Shown here: in pieces, positions 38,261 to 50,740 of the stretch | Numbering within the stretch: the stretch's first letter is position 1 | How the letters are laid out: every line of letters begins with the position of its first letter | Source of the DNA: Vicugna vicugna | Lineage: Eukaryota | Assembly (NCBI GenBank): GCA_013265495.1 | Contig: MU059916.1 | Span: 372,001 to 436,000 of the forward strand | Length of the DNA: 64,000 nt | Direction: 5' to 3' | Translations under genes and position numbers: made by a program | The notes under the pieces: model-generated | Seen by the model: the letters and a program-made list of their open reading frames with translations, nothing else | The model's database searches: none | Told to the model about the DNA's origin: nothing

Positions 38261-41200
38261 ATGAGAATTTTTCTTTTCAAAAGGCTTTTTTTTAGAGTAA
38301 TTTTAGGTTCATAGCAAAATTGAGTGGGAAATGCAGAGATTTCACATACATCCCCTGACCCCACATATGCATAGCTTTCCCCATCGTCAACATCCCCCAC
38401 CAGAGTGGTACCTTTGTTACAAATGATAAACCAACATTGGCATATCATTGTCATTATCACCCTAAGTCTGCAGATTACATTAGTTTCATTATTGATGCTT
38501 TGCATCCTATAGGTTCAGACAAATTCATGATGACATGTATACACAATAATAGTAGCATACAGAGTAGTTTCACCGCTCTAAATATCCTCTGTGCTTTACC
38601 TATTCATCCCTCCATCTCCCTGGCAACCACTGATCTTCATAGTCTCTCCATAAATTTGCCTTTTCCAGAATGTTGTATAGTTGGAACCAGATAGTCTGTA
38701 GCCTTTTCAATTGGCTTTTTTTCACTTAGTAATATGCATGTTTCCTCCATGTCATTTCATGGCTTGACAGTTCATCTCTTTTTAGCACTGAATAATTTTT
38801 CATTTTCTATATGTACTATGGTTTATTTATCCACTCATCTAAAAAAAAAGACATCTTAGATGCTACCAAGTTTTGAATTATGAATAAAGCTGCTATAAAC
38901 ATCCATATGCAGGTTTTTGTGTAGACATAAGTTTTCAGCTCCTCTTGGTAAATACCAGGGAGCTTGACTGCTGGATCATATGGCAAGAATATGTTTAATT
39001 TTGTAAGAAACCACAAAATTGTGTTGCAAAGTGGCTGTACCATTTTTCTTCATTCCCACTAGCAATGAGTCAAGATTTCTGTTGCTCCACATCATAAATG
39101 GCATTTGGTGGTGTTGGTTTTCTAAATTTTGGTNNNNNNNNNNNNNNNNNNNNNNNNNNNNNNNNNNNNNNNNNNNNNNNNNNNNNNNNNNNNNNNNNNN
39201 NNNNNNNNNNNNNNNNNNNNNNNNNNNNNNNNNNNNNNNNNNNNNNNNNNNNNNNNNNNNNNNNNNNNNNNNCTTTAAATTGGGTTGTTTGCTTTTCTAT
39301 TGTTGAGTTTTATAAGTTCTTGGTATATTTTGTGTAACAGTTCTTTATCAGATATGTCTTTTGCAAATATTTTCTCCTAGTCTGTGGCTTTCCTTTTCAT
39401 GTGAATTTTCTTTTTAAGTCTGTTGATGTGATAGATTACATTATTTGATTTTCAAATGTGTGAAGCAGCCTTGCATACCTGGGATAAGTTCCATTTGGTC
39501 ATGGTGTATAATTCTTTTTATACCTTGTTGGGTTCGATTTGCTAATCTCTGACTGATGATTTCTTCATCTATATTCATGAGGGACAGTGGTTTGTAGCTT
39601 TCTCTTCTTGTTCTGTCTTTGTCTGGTTTTGGTATTAAGATAATGTTGACTCAGTAGATTAAGCTAGAAACTATATAATCTCTGCTTCTATCTTCTGAAA
39701 GTGATGACAGAATATTGGTATAATTTCTTCATTAAATATTTGATAGAATTCACCAGTGAATTACCCGGGACTGGTGCTTCCTGGTTTTGAAGGATATTAA
39801 TTACTGATTGAATTTCTTTGATAAATATAGTCCTATTGGATCACCTATCTCTTCTTTGAGAATTTGGAAAGTTGGAAAGAAATTGACCCATTTCATTTAG
39901 GTTGTTATAGTTGTGGGCATAGAGTTGTTCACACGATTCCATTATTACACCTTTAATGTCCATGGGATAATCCTCTTTTCATTTCTAACATTAGTAATTT
40001 GTGTCCTCTCTCCTTTTTTTCTTAGCCTGGCTAGAAGCTTATTAATTTCATTGGTTTTTATAAAGAACCAGCTTTTGGTTTTGTTACTTTTTTCTACTGA
40101 TCTCCTATTTTCAGCTTCATGGATTTCTTCTCTAATTCTTACCATATTTTTTCCTTCTGCTTACCTTGGATTCATTTTCTCTTCTTTTCTCTAGTTTTCC
40201 AAAGTGGAAGGTTGAATTACTGATTTTTATATCTTTCTTCTTTTTTTCTAATATATACATTCAATGCTATAACATTTCCCCCTGAGCACTGCTTTTACTG
40301 CATCACACAAGTTTTGATATTTCCACTTAGTTCAAAAAAGTTTTCAGTTTCTTCTGAGATTTTTGTCTTTGATCCATGTGTTATTTTGAATGTGTTGTCT
40401 AATATCCAAGCACTTGGGGATTTTACAGCTATCTTTCTGTTACTGATTCCTAGTTTAATTCCATGTTGTGAGAGCAGAGATTGTATGTTTCCTGTTCTTT
40501 TAAATTTGTTGAGATATGTTTTATGGCCCATAATGTGGTCTGTGGCCTATCTTGGTGAATGTCCCAGGTGAACTTAAGAAGAATGTGTAATATGCTGTTG
40601 TTGGACAGACTTTTCTATAGATGTCCATTATATTCAGTTGATTGATGGTGCTGGTAAGTTCAACCATGCCCTTGCTGATTTTTCTCCCTACCAGATTTGT
40701 CCATTTCTGAAGGATGACAGCTGAAGTGTCCAACTATAACAGTGGATTCATCTATTACTCCTTACAGTACTATCAGTTTTTGCCCCAAACATTTTGACTT
40801 GTTGTTAGGCACATGCACATTAAGAACTGTTACCTCTTCTTGGAGAATTGACACTTTATCATTATGTAATGTTCCTATTTGTCCCTAATAACTTTCCTTG
40901 CTTTGAAGTTCACTCTGTCTGAAATTAACATAGCTATTCCTACTTTCCTTAGATTAGTAGTAACATGACGTATTTTCCTCCACTCATTTACTTCTAACCA
41001 TGTGTGTCTTTATATTTAAAGTGAGTTTCTTGTAGACAATATATAGTTGAGTTTTGTTTTTTGATCCATTCTGACAATCTGTCTTTTTTTTTTCAATCTC
41101 TGTCTTTTAACTGGTGCATTTAGACCACTGGCATTCAAAGTGATTATTGATATAGCCAGATTAATATCCTGCATATTTGTAAATGTTTTATAATTTTAAC

Positions 41201-42790
41201 CTTGTTCTTTGTTCTTTTTAATACTCTTTTTCTGCTTTTTCTAGTTCTAACTGAGCATTTTATGTGATTCCATTTTCTCTCCTTTCTTAGCATAGCAGTT
41301 ATTCTTCTTTTTTCACCTTTTTTTAGTGTTTACCTTAAAATGTACAATATTCATTTACAGCTAATCCAAGTCCACTTTCAGATAACCCTGTAACATTTTA
41401 CATGTGGTGTGAGTATCTTATAATAACAAAATAACCCAAATTCTTCCCTCTTGTCCCTGCATCATGACATTCATTTCACTTCTGCATGAGCACACGTGAG
41501 CATACACGCACATACAATATTACGTAAGTGTGCATAATTGAATGTATTGTTGCTATTGTTATTTTAAAGAAGCCATTATCTCTTAGATCAATTGAGAAGA
41601 AGACAATTCAATGTTGTTATTTTACTTTCACTTATTCCTTCCCTCACTCTCTTCCTCTCTTTATGCACATCTGAGTTTCAGACCTATATTCCTTTTCCTT
41701 CTNNNNNNNNNNNNNNNNNNNNNNNNNNNNNNNNNNNNNNNNNNNNNNNNNNNNNNNNNNNNNNNNNNNNNNNNNNNNNNNNNNNNNNNNNNNNNNNNNN
41801 NNNNNNNNNNNNNNNNNNNNNNNNNNNNNNNNNNNNNNNNNNNNNNNNNNNNNNNNNNNNNNNNNNNNNNNNNNNNNNNNNNNNNNNNNNNNNNNNNNNN
41901 NNNNNNNNNNNNNNNNNNNNNNNNNNNNNNNNNNNNNNNNNNNNNNNNNNNNNNNNCCCTCTGGCTTCTCTTGAGTTTTTTTAGCTTTAATTTTCTGTAG
42001 TTTGAAAATGATATGCCTATGTGTAGTATTTTTGTCATTTATCTGCTTGGCGTCCTCTGAGGTTCCTGTATCTGTGGTTTGGTGTCTGACATTAGTTTGG
42101 GGAAATGATCACCATTATTTTTTCAAATATTTCTTTTGTTCCTTTCTCTCTTCTCTTTCTTCTGTTCTCATTACATCAATGTTACAGCTTCTGTAGCTAT
42201 CCCACAGTCCCTGAATATTCTGTGCTTTCTTTTTTAAGTCTTTGTTCTCTTTACTTTTCAGTTTTTGAGGCTTCTTTGGAAATATTCTCAAATCCAGAGA
42301 TTTTTATTTTCCTCAGCTGTGTCCAGTCTACTAATAAGACCATCAAAGGCATTCATTTCTGTTAGAGTGTTTCTGATTTCCAGCAAATTTTTGATTGTTT
42401 GTTTCTTTCTTAGAATTTCCATCTCTTGGCTTACATTGCCCTTTTTCTTTCCTGGCATACTATCTACTTTATCCATTAGAACCCTTAGCATAGTAATCAT
42501 AGCTTTACATTCCTGCTCTGATAACTTCAACATCTCTGCCATGTCTGAGTCTGGTTCTGATGATTGCTCTGACTCTTCACATTGCATTTTTTGTGTTATG
42601 AATGCTTCATAATTTTCTCTTGATAGCCAAAGATGCTATACTGGGAAACTGTATTGTAAATAGGCTGTTAGTAATGTGGTGGTCAGGTGTAAGATAGGGG
42701 AAGCATTCTGGAGTTCCACGATTAGGTCTCCATCTTTCAGTTAGCCTGTGCCTCTGTACCGTGACCTTTACATGTGTTTTTCATTACCCC
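38260..42790 (-). mobile_element. Old LINE-1 (L1M-type), degenerate and internally deleted; retains 3'UTR, ORF2 endonuclease/pre-RT and ORF1 remnants
   Basis: Minus-strand ORFs give L1 peptides: ORF1-like at 42288-42587 (EPDSDMAEMLKLS...EMNAFDGLISRLDTAEE), endonuclease-like at 40295-40733 (INQLNIMDIYR...TFFLSSPGTFTKIGH; GHKTYLNKFKR), and linker at 39945-40145 (EKSNKTKSWFF...INKLLARL). A typical L1M 3'UTR starts near 38260. Confidence 0.9.
39134..39272. other. N run (assembly gap or masked bases)
   Basis: 139 N. Other runs: 41703-41956 (254), 53351-53484 (134), 54332-54511 (180). Confidence 0.99.
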
Positions 42791-42949
42791 AGCTCTTAGG
42801 TGGAACAGGATGGTTAGGGAAAATTACCTATCTTATTTTGAGAAAACAAACTCTAAAAGGAACACAAAATATTTTAGAAAAGAGACCAAGAATCTTACAT
42901 CAGGACAAGGCTCAAATCTCAGGCCAAGACACAATCCAGATCAATTCAT

Positions 42950-43650
42950 TAAACAGTCAGGTTCTGGACTCTTCTCTTTTCTTAGATTATCTCTTTCTGT
43001 TAGCTTCAATGCCATCACATATTAGTAACACTCAAGTAAGTATCCCCAGCTCCACATTTCTCCAAAGCTCCAGAATCATGTACCAGTGTCTACTCATCCT
43101 GACAATTTGAATGTCTCGGTGACACCTCAACCTCACATGCCATGGTCTTCCTCTTTGCATTCTCTTCAAAGTTCCCCTTATTCCAGTGTGTTCCACCATC
43201 CATTCAATTATAGAAACTAGAAGCCAGAGAGTTATTCTAGATAATTTTTGGTCATGAACCTCCACAGATAGCCCACCTCTTACTAGGTGTTGTCAATTTT
43301 ACCAATTTCTCATCTTTACCCAGTCCCAGCAATCATTATCTGGACCCTAGTGATAGCATTTGTTGGTACTTCTTGAATCTATTCTTGCCTCCTCTGCCCG
43401 TCCCCCTAGCATCCTATTCGTCCATAACACAGCATCAGCATATGAGCATACCTCTGCTCTCCTACTTCCCTGACAACAATTTTTAATGGCTTTATATGGC
43501 TTTCAAGATGAAGATCAAAATGTGTAACATGTCCTACCAGGGCTCTTAATGATATGGCTCCTGCCTTTTTCTATAACTTTACTATCATACCCAGATATGC
43601 ACAGTACTTGACATACAATAGATGTGAAACAAATGTACTAAATGAATAAA
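42950..43650 (+). mobile_element. LINE-2 fragment with 3' end
   Basis: tttgaatgtctcggtgacacctcaacctcacatg ... ends with acatacaatagatgtgaaacaaatgtactaaatgaataaa. Confidence 0.7.
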
Positions 43651-43699
43651 GAAGTCAAAATATCTGCAGCAAATCTCATTTTATTTTCAAAGCTGGGTA

Positions 43700-43703
43700 T
43701 ATG

Positions 43704-43749
<46 letters not shown>

Positions 43750-43750
43750 G
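43700..43750. repeat. Compound (TA)n(CA)n microsatellite
   Basis: tatatatatatatatacacacacacacacacacacacacaca. Similar short dinucleotide tracts occur near 12115-12165, 12985-13010, 36598-36625 and 38147-38180. Confidence 0.9.
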
Positions 43751-45855
43751 GAGGGGAGGAAGAAGCAGTAATACCTTGGAAAGCATTACAGTGTAAAAGA
43801 GGACATACATTTTCTCCCTTCTCTCACCAAATCATTCTCCTTCCACTTAAGAGAACTGCTGCTGATGAAGGTAGCATGGTCACCTTGATCAGACCTGTGC
43901 CTAATTCCTGAACTCATCCTAAAACTGTTGGGTGAAATCTGTTTTAAAGGCTCCTCTTGAGCCTTTACTTGAAAAATCTGAATTCACTTTTCTGTGAAGA
44001 TTTTGATTTGGAGAAAATACACAAAGTTTTGTTCAGAGAGACTGGATACAGTAAAAGGGAGATCTACTATAAGGCCAAGAGGAAAGGTAACAGCAAAGGG
44101 ACTTTCTGAGACAACAGAGAAATGATGAACTTTGGGAACAGTGATGGCTGACATCCCATCCTGGTGTTGAATTTGATTCTCCTTTGTTACTTTGTTCTTC
44201 TTTATCACCTCTTCAGTCTCAGTTCTCAGTAGGGCTTTTTTTAGCCATTAAAAATTAGAGAATGCCTGGTCTTATCTCTGTCTAGAATAAAGACAGGAGG
44301 GCCAAGATCATGGCTTGGAGCAAAGTAAGATCTGAGAGAGTAAGAGGAGCTTGTGGGTTACACTTAGAGGTGATGGAGGTAAAACATGCAGCTGAAGATT
44401 GACAGGTGATGATCAGATTATGTAAGTAAACACCCGCTACCCCAAAACCCAAATCCAAACAAAAATTAGAGAAAAGAATATGTTTCTAGAAATAAATTTA
44501 GAACTGGTCTTGAAGTTATTTTATTTGGAAATGAAAGATAAAAGTGAGTTCTGATTCTCACTCCTGTGCTAAAATGGTTTTCTGCTAAGCCTACAGAATG
44601 ACCTAAAAAGGTTGATGGTTATGCAATACTTTTTGACAACATATAAAAATCATAGAGCAAAGAGCTATGTCTTAAGGTTGTAATACCAAATACGGAAAAC
44701 AAAAACAAGTATTGCTCATTCTTAAGTGCTGTCATAGTACACACGGCAGGCAGCCTGCTGACTTGATACCACTCCGGTGTCTCTGTTTTCTTGGGAATCT
44801 GTCTTAGGATTGTAAGAACTACTCCAGCCAAAATTCTAGCACAAACTTCAGAAGCAGCTGTGTTTTGGCATGGCAACTTTGATCTGTGGAGTGATTTTTT
44901 TTTTCTAGCCATCCCAAGCTCATAGCAGTTTTCAGGATGACCTGCTGAGATGATGACTAATGGTCAGTCACTTTTGTAATGACAACTGGGTCCCCTGTAC
45001 ACCAGGTCACCACCATTAACATTTCTCAACCCCTCATGGGATAGATTCCTGATGCTTTCTGTGAGCTTTCTGACCTTGTCTTAAGCTTTACAATCCATGG
45101 TGATGAATTTATAGAGTGATTGTGACTATGTATGATTCGTGTAACAGAGATAAATGGGCATTAGGTGTTGACAAAGCAGAGATAAAAAATATTGTTCTCG
45201 ACACCTTTTGTTAGTAGACGCATGATTTGCTATAACTCTTCTTTAGTGACTTATCTATAAATCTTATTTTCTCACTTAATAAAATGTCCCCCCACAGCTC
45301 CTCGCAGGCTGACACCGTGTTTTTGTAATACATTATTAAAGCCATGTCAGACACACAATGCAGTGTGCTTGGGGCTTCACAGTAGTATTGTTTTGCCTTC
45401 CAGCTCTGAAAAATGCTCAGAGAGTTCCAAGGATGTATGTATGAGCTCCCCGTCTGCATTGTCCCTCACAACTTACGTCAAAAGCAACCACAGCTACCTA
45501 AAGCTTTGTGAGTGGCTATGTTTCTTTCACAAAGTTTTCTCATATGTGTTCAGTGAAGTCTGGGGAAAATTATAAAAAATGGACTGTAGGCCTTGAGAAA
45601 ACAGGAGTTGTTTTTCTCAAAATTAAGTTCAGAGGAACCATTTACACATGGGTCCTGGATCTAAAAAAGGTCAAATGTTATTATTATTCTGTAGCTCTTT
45701 TGCTGGCTGGCTTTAAGGAGTCATAGTCTTTTATTTTCTTCTTTTATGCTCCAAAAAAAGGTATGCTATTCTCATTGTTTTCCATCTTTTTATTTCTTTT
45801 TTCTCAGGCCAAGGCAAGAAAGCTGATTGACAGAAATAATTTCCAGAGAGTCTGT

Positions 45856-46579
45856 CTGCTGTATGTGGACTCTCCCGCCTACAGTCAAGAATGACCTGGC
45901 AGTCTGGTCTCTTTCTTAGATTTATTGCCTAACTAACTTTGTGCTTACTTCCTGCGGTCTGTGACCACTCTCATGTCTTCTAGGTTGAAGAGCAGAACCA
46001 AGTCCCCAAAGTCAGCCTGCATCTACGACAGACCCAAGATTAGGACTCTACCATGCGTGACAGTGGGTCAAGGCATCAATCCTTTTTTTTTGTTAAGATC
46101 TGTTATGATATAATTTGTCTTATGATTCCTACTCATCTTGTGTGAAACAGGATTTAAGCTATGCTACGTCATGTTAAATAGTTCAAAATCAAGTCACAGT
46201 GGCCAATATGAACTTCCATATTAGTTGTTTTGAAACATTCCCTGTAGGACTGTGAGTGTCTCAGAGTGACAAAGGAAGAATATTACTTTACACAAGAAGT
46301 TTGATGGGTAACATGCATCACTGGAACTGAAGGAGCAACTGATAGAGTCAAGACTCCCTCCCCTGGGGTAACTGTTGTTCCTTAAAAAGAAACCACGGAG
46401 CCAAGTGACTTGAAGACTCTTCGCTGGAGCACCCTGCTGTATGTGGACTCTCCTGCCTACAGTCAAGAACGACCTGGCAGTCTAGTCTCTTTTACAGGTT
46501 CACTGCCCAACTAACTTTGTGCCTCCACACAGTGGTCCATGACCATTCCCAGGTTTTCTAGGTTGAAGTTCAGAACCAA
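45856..46579 (+). repeat. 146-bp diverged direct repeat (45856-46001 and 46434-46579)
   Basis: Shared ctgctgtatgtggactctcc.gcctacagtcaagaa.gacctggcagtct.gtctcttt...actaactttgtgc...ttctaggttgaag..cagaaccaa, offset 578 bp. Confidence 0.9.
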
Positions 46580-48089
46580 TGCTCCATGCTTCTGACAGCT
46601 GTTCCAGAAAGACGCTGCCAGGCCCTGTTGGAGCAGAAGGTTACTTCCCTCTTACACTTGTTGCCAGACCCACTGCTGGACTGGAGGTTGCTCATGCTGA
46701 GATGCCTCCTTCCTGGACTTCCCCTCGGAGTGGTTCCCCACCTGCTCTTCCCGCTTTCACTAACCTTGTGTTGTGTGCTAATTGTATGCGATAAGCCAAG
46801 TAATTCATGAATGGAATATTGGCTACTGCTTTCGTATAACTCCAATCCCATGATTCTTACCTCTCCTCACTGCTGGGCTCTGAGCCAAACAAGATCCCCA
46901 ACGTTTTCTTACATGCAGCTATTCTGCAACCATGGAACAAGCCCTAGAGAGATGCATGAAGTTTTGGCTTTTGAAGATGTGGAGAGATACTGAATGCAAG
47001 GGAGGGTGGCAGCAACTCTCTTGAGTTAGATTTTAAAATAGAGATTCAGCCAACTTGCCCTGTGTTGTGTTAATACGATCAGTTGAAAATGAGGCTGAAA
47101 AGAGAGTCTGAAGCCAGATAAGGTGAATATGAAGGCCTTACTAACGACCGTGAATTTTTTTAAGAAGTGGAAGATACTTTATATGTTTTTACACCAGTAG
47201 GTGACTTAATTGGAGTTGTTCCCCAGGAAGATGAATTTGGCGGTAATGAGTTGGGTGGATCAGGGAGAAAATAGGGTGGAAGGAGCACCATCAACTAAGA
47301 GATTTTAAAAGGTCAGGCAAGTGTTCATAAGGACTTAACCCCGGGAAACAAGGGTGGTTTTTTTTTTTTTTTTAATTAGATAGAAGAAGGCAGAACCAGG
47401 AGCCCTTCTGGTAAACTGGATAGGATAAGTCCAGGTAAGCAAAGAAATGCCATGCAGAAAATAATGAAGGAAATCAAACAGTTCTGTCACGCCATGTAAA
47501 CATGTCACTCCTCTCCAAGCCTGTTAACCTAATGTTACATGACAGCATCTTCCGGGTTACTTTTTCATTGCAAGAAATTGCAGGAGCCGATAAGCCTGTG
47601 ACTAATTTAAAATATAATTGTTGTCCTATCTTCCTGAGACATAGTTTGTGTTTCATTTCCTTTAAGTAAACAGTATAGAGAATTATAGCCAAGGTCAATA
47701 TTAGGAGCCTGATTCTTAGAAATAGAAAAGGGCTTGAGAAAGATCCCTAGCTACAAACCCCAAATGATCCTCAAACTCCCATTCCCCATTGATGGTGTCA
47801 TGCTGTCTTTGTGGATGAGACCTTGTCCCCAGTTCTGTGCTCCCAGGCTGAGTGACATTTTCTGACACTGATACCAGTGAAGGACATAAAGTAAACAAAG
47901 AAGACATGTGTCACCGAAGGGGACTGCTGGGTTAATGAGTCATGAAAAATTCATTTGGAGAAGAGATTTCATAAATTACAGAATGTTAGCACTGTAAGGG
48001 ATTACAGAGATCACCTAGTTAAATATAAGAGTTTTAGAGTCAGGTCAAATTAGAAATGAATTCTCACCCCCACCCATAAAGGTACTAGA

Positions 48090-48240
48090 TGTGCAGCATT
48101 TATTTTACTGGTAACATTTCTCTGAGACAGTTTCTCCATCTGTAAGGTGGAGACATAGCCAATCACAGAGTCATTGCAAGGATTAAACAAGTTAATAAAT
48201 CGAAAGCACTCAGCCCAGTACATGGCAAACACTTAGCCCA
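48090..48240 (+). mobile_element. MIR SINE
   Basis: ctctgagacagtttctccatctgtaaggtggag...gcaaggattaaac. Confidence 0.7.
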
Positions 48241-48929
48241 CAACAGCTGTTATTGGAAATAAAACCCAGGCTATGACTCAGGTCTCCTGAATGTGGACTG
48301 GGACTCCCACCACAGAGTCATACCACCCTCTAATACGTTGCCACTTGAAACTAACTCTTCCAGAAGACTTCCTCCAATTATACTGAAATCACCTTCTACA
48401 TCAGCTTGCTTCCATCATTACTAAGAGGCTATGAAAGTCAACTCTACATAATCAATCATTTAAAAAAATATATTGAATACCTGCTCGATGAAAAGAACAT
48501 GCATTTTATGATAAATGACACACCATCATTAAAAACTTAATTATTGCCTACTGCCTTGCCAAATATTAATCATCATCATTATTTTTAACCAGAAATAAGA
48601 GCCACTGTTCTGGAATGAAGTGATTTGGGATTGGGCGTGTGGGTAAAAATCAGCCCCTCAGGTGATGGCATGAGTCATTACTGTTGGACTCAGCGGTAAG
48701 TTGGAAGGACACGTTCTTGTTATTTAGCATAGGCCTTCAGAAGCAGGCGATACACTCCAACATCTGAAATTATTATCTGATTAAACAAAAGTATCAGCAA
48801 TCTATGGTAGAGAAAATATGACGTCAAAGCAAAGTAATGAGTAGGTGGGGAGAGAAGGAAAGAGCATCATATTACTAGAGTCGTCCGCTCGGGGCCAGAC
48901 TCTTGGTATAAATGACTGCCCCTCATTCT

Positions 48930-49060
48930 TAGAACAACTCTAAAGGGCAGGTGTGCTATTTTTATTCACATTTTATGTAGGAGGAAACTGAGGCTCGGAT
49001 ACGAACTTGCCAGTCTCACAGATAATAAGTGGTGGGCCAGGATTTGAACTCAGATTTATT
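48930..49060 (-). mobile_element. MIR SINE
   Basis: cattttatgtaggaggaaactgaggctcgg...gggccaggatttgaactcag. Confidence 0.7.
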
Positions 49061-50559
49061 TCACTCTCAAACTTTTATTCCTTATCTCTTTTAGACATCT
49101 TTCGACTACAAAATAAAACACAATTTTACGTGTGGAAAACCACACATAATACATTCATAGCTGAGACGATTTTTATAAGGGGAATGATTTTGTAATGAGC
49201 ATCGAGGTCAAAGAATAGAAGCTCGCCTCTTGCTTCAGATGCCACTTCTCCTCTTCCCAAAAGTAAGCGCCCTGACCTTCACAGCAATCATTTCTTTGCA
49301 TTTATTTGTAGTTTTACTGGCCACATGAATGTCCGTACAGTACAGTTCAGATGTTCATGCACCTTTAAGCTCAGTATGTCTGTGGCACCCCATTTAATAC
49401 ACAGAATCCCTTTTGTTTCCCTTAAACTGTACCTGCTGAATAACCGAAGCCACTTCACCTGTAGCATTTCCAGTTGTCTGGATTTAGGTGGTCACAGACT
49501 CAGTTCAAAAACTGCTCTGTCCTTTAGTTCTTGTCAATTCACCTCCGGACCCAGAGATTTGATCAGACTCAGGTTTGATCTCTTGGGCAAGACTTGGGGA
49601 GTGATTTTTTTTTTCACCAGACGGCACATAACATCTGGGTTTTGCTCTTATTTTATTTTAGCATCGACTGCGCTGCAGTACTTCATCCCCCTCTCTTTTT
49701 CCCTGGTATCAGTTTTGATTTGCTCCAACCTACTCAATTTAGGAAAATATAAGGAATGAAGGCAAAGTAGTGCAGAGTTTGAAAAGCTATTATACAGATT
49801 CAAGCACACTTTAGAAGAGTCTTTTTCTACCGTCCAGGGCAAAACCAGAGGAAGAGTTTTCTTTTCTCTCCCCTCATGCAGATTGTCACATCATGAATTA
49901 CAAGCAGAATCCAACTTCTGTGACATGCTGGAACTGGCGGGCAGGGGTGTTCAGAAGACGGGCAACCATGATTAAAAAGCTTTGTCAAATGCTAACTTTG
50001 AACATGCTGTGGTTTGATTTTTTTTTTAATGTAACTATGAGCAGAAAATAGCATTTTCTCACCCCATGAAGTCACACCTCTCTTTGTCAATGGAATAGTT
50101 GATAAATCAGTGAAAACAAAATTAAATGTAAATCGAGCTTTCCATCTGGCCACTCTGACACCCTCTAATTCAAGCCAAACAACTTGCCTTTGAAGAAGTC
50201 TTTTCTGAAGTACGCCGTATTGACAACATAGTAAGGGGGTCCTTTTATTTCCTTCAGGAGAAATATTTTAGGATATTTGAGGGAAAAAATTCTGAATAGG
50301 ACAAAAGAAGAATATAAAAAGGGCGATATCTAGTTAGTTACCTTTACTCTGAGACAGAAGGTATATTTGTGTTTAAAGAATATAAATAATTCTGTTAGTT
50401 CCCCACAATACGTTTTTTCAGTGTGCTGATTTTCCTTACATCTAGGTTCTTTTTGTGATCCGTTCTTTCCTTCTTGTTGTTATTTCATGGATTTTAAGGA
50501 CCCTAAGGCAGAAAGGAGGGAGGAGCAGCAGAAGATAGAAGATGGAAATTAATGACAAA

Positions 50560-50740
50560 TTAAGAAACTTGAGAGAAGTGGTTAAGGGATTCAACTTCGG
50601 AATCTGCCAAACCAGGATACTAAGTCTACTGGGGCCATTTATTAGCTGAACAAGCAAGTTTCTTAACTTCTGTAGACTTCAGAAATAGATGTCATAATAC
50701 AGGTGAAGTATATGTCACATAGTAAGCACTCATTAAAAAT
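50560..50740 (+). mobile_element. MIR SINE
   Basis: ctgaacaagcaagtttcttaacttctgtagacttcag...acatagtaagcactcattaaaaatg. Confidence 0.6.
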
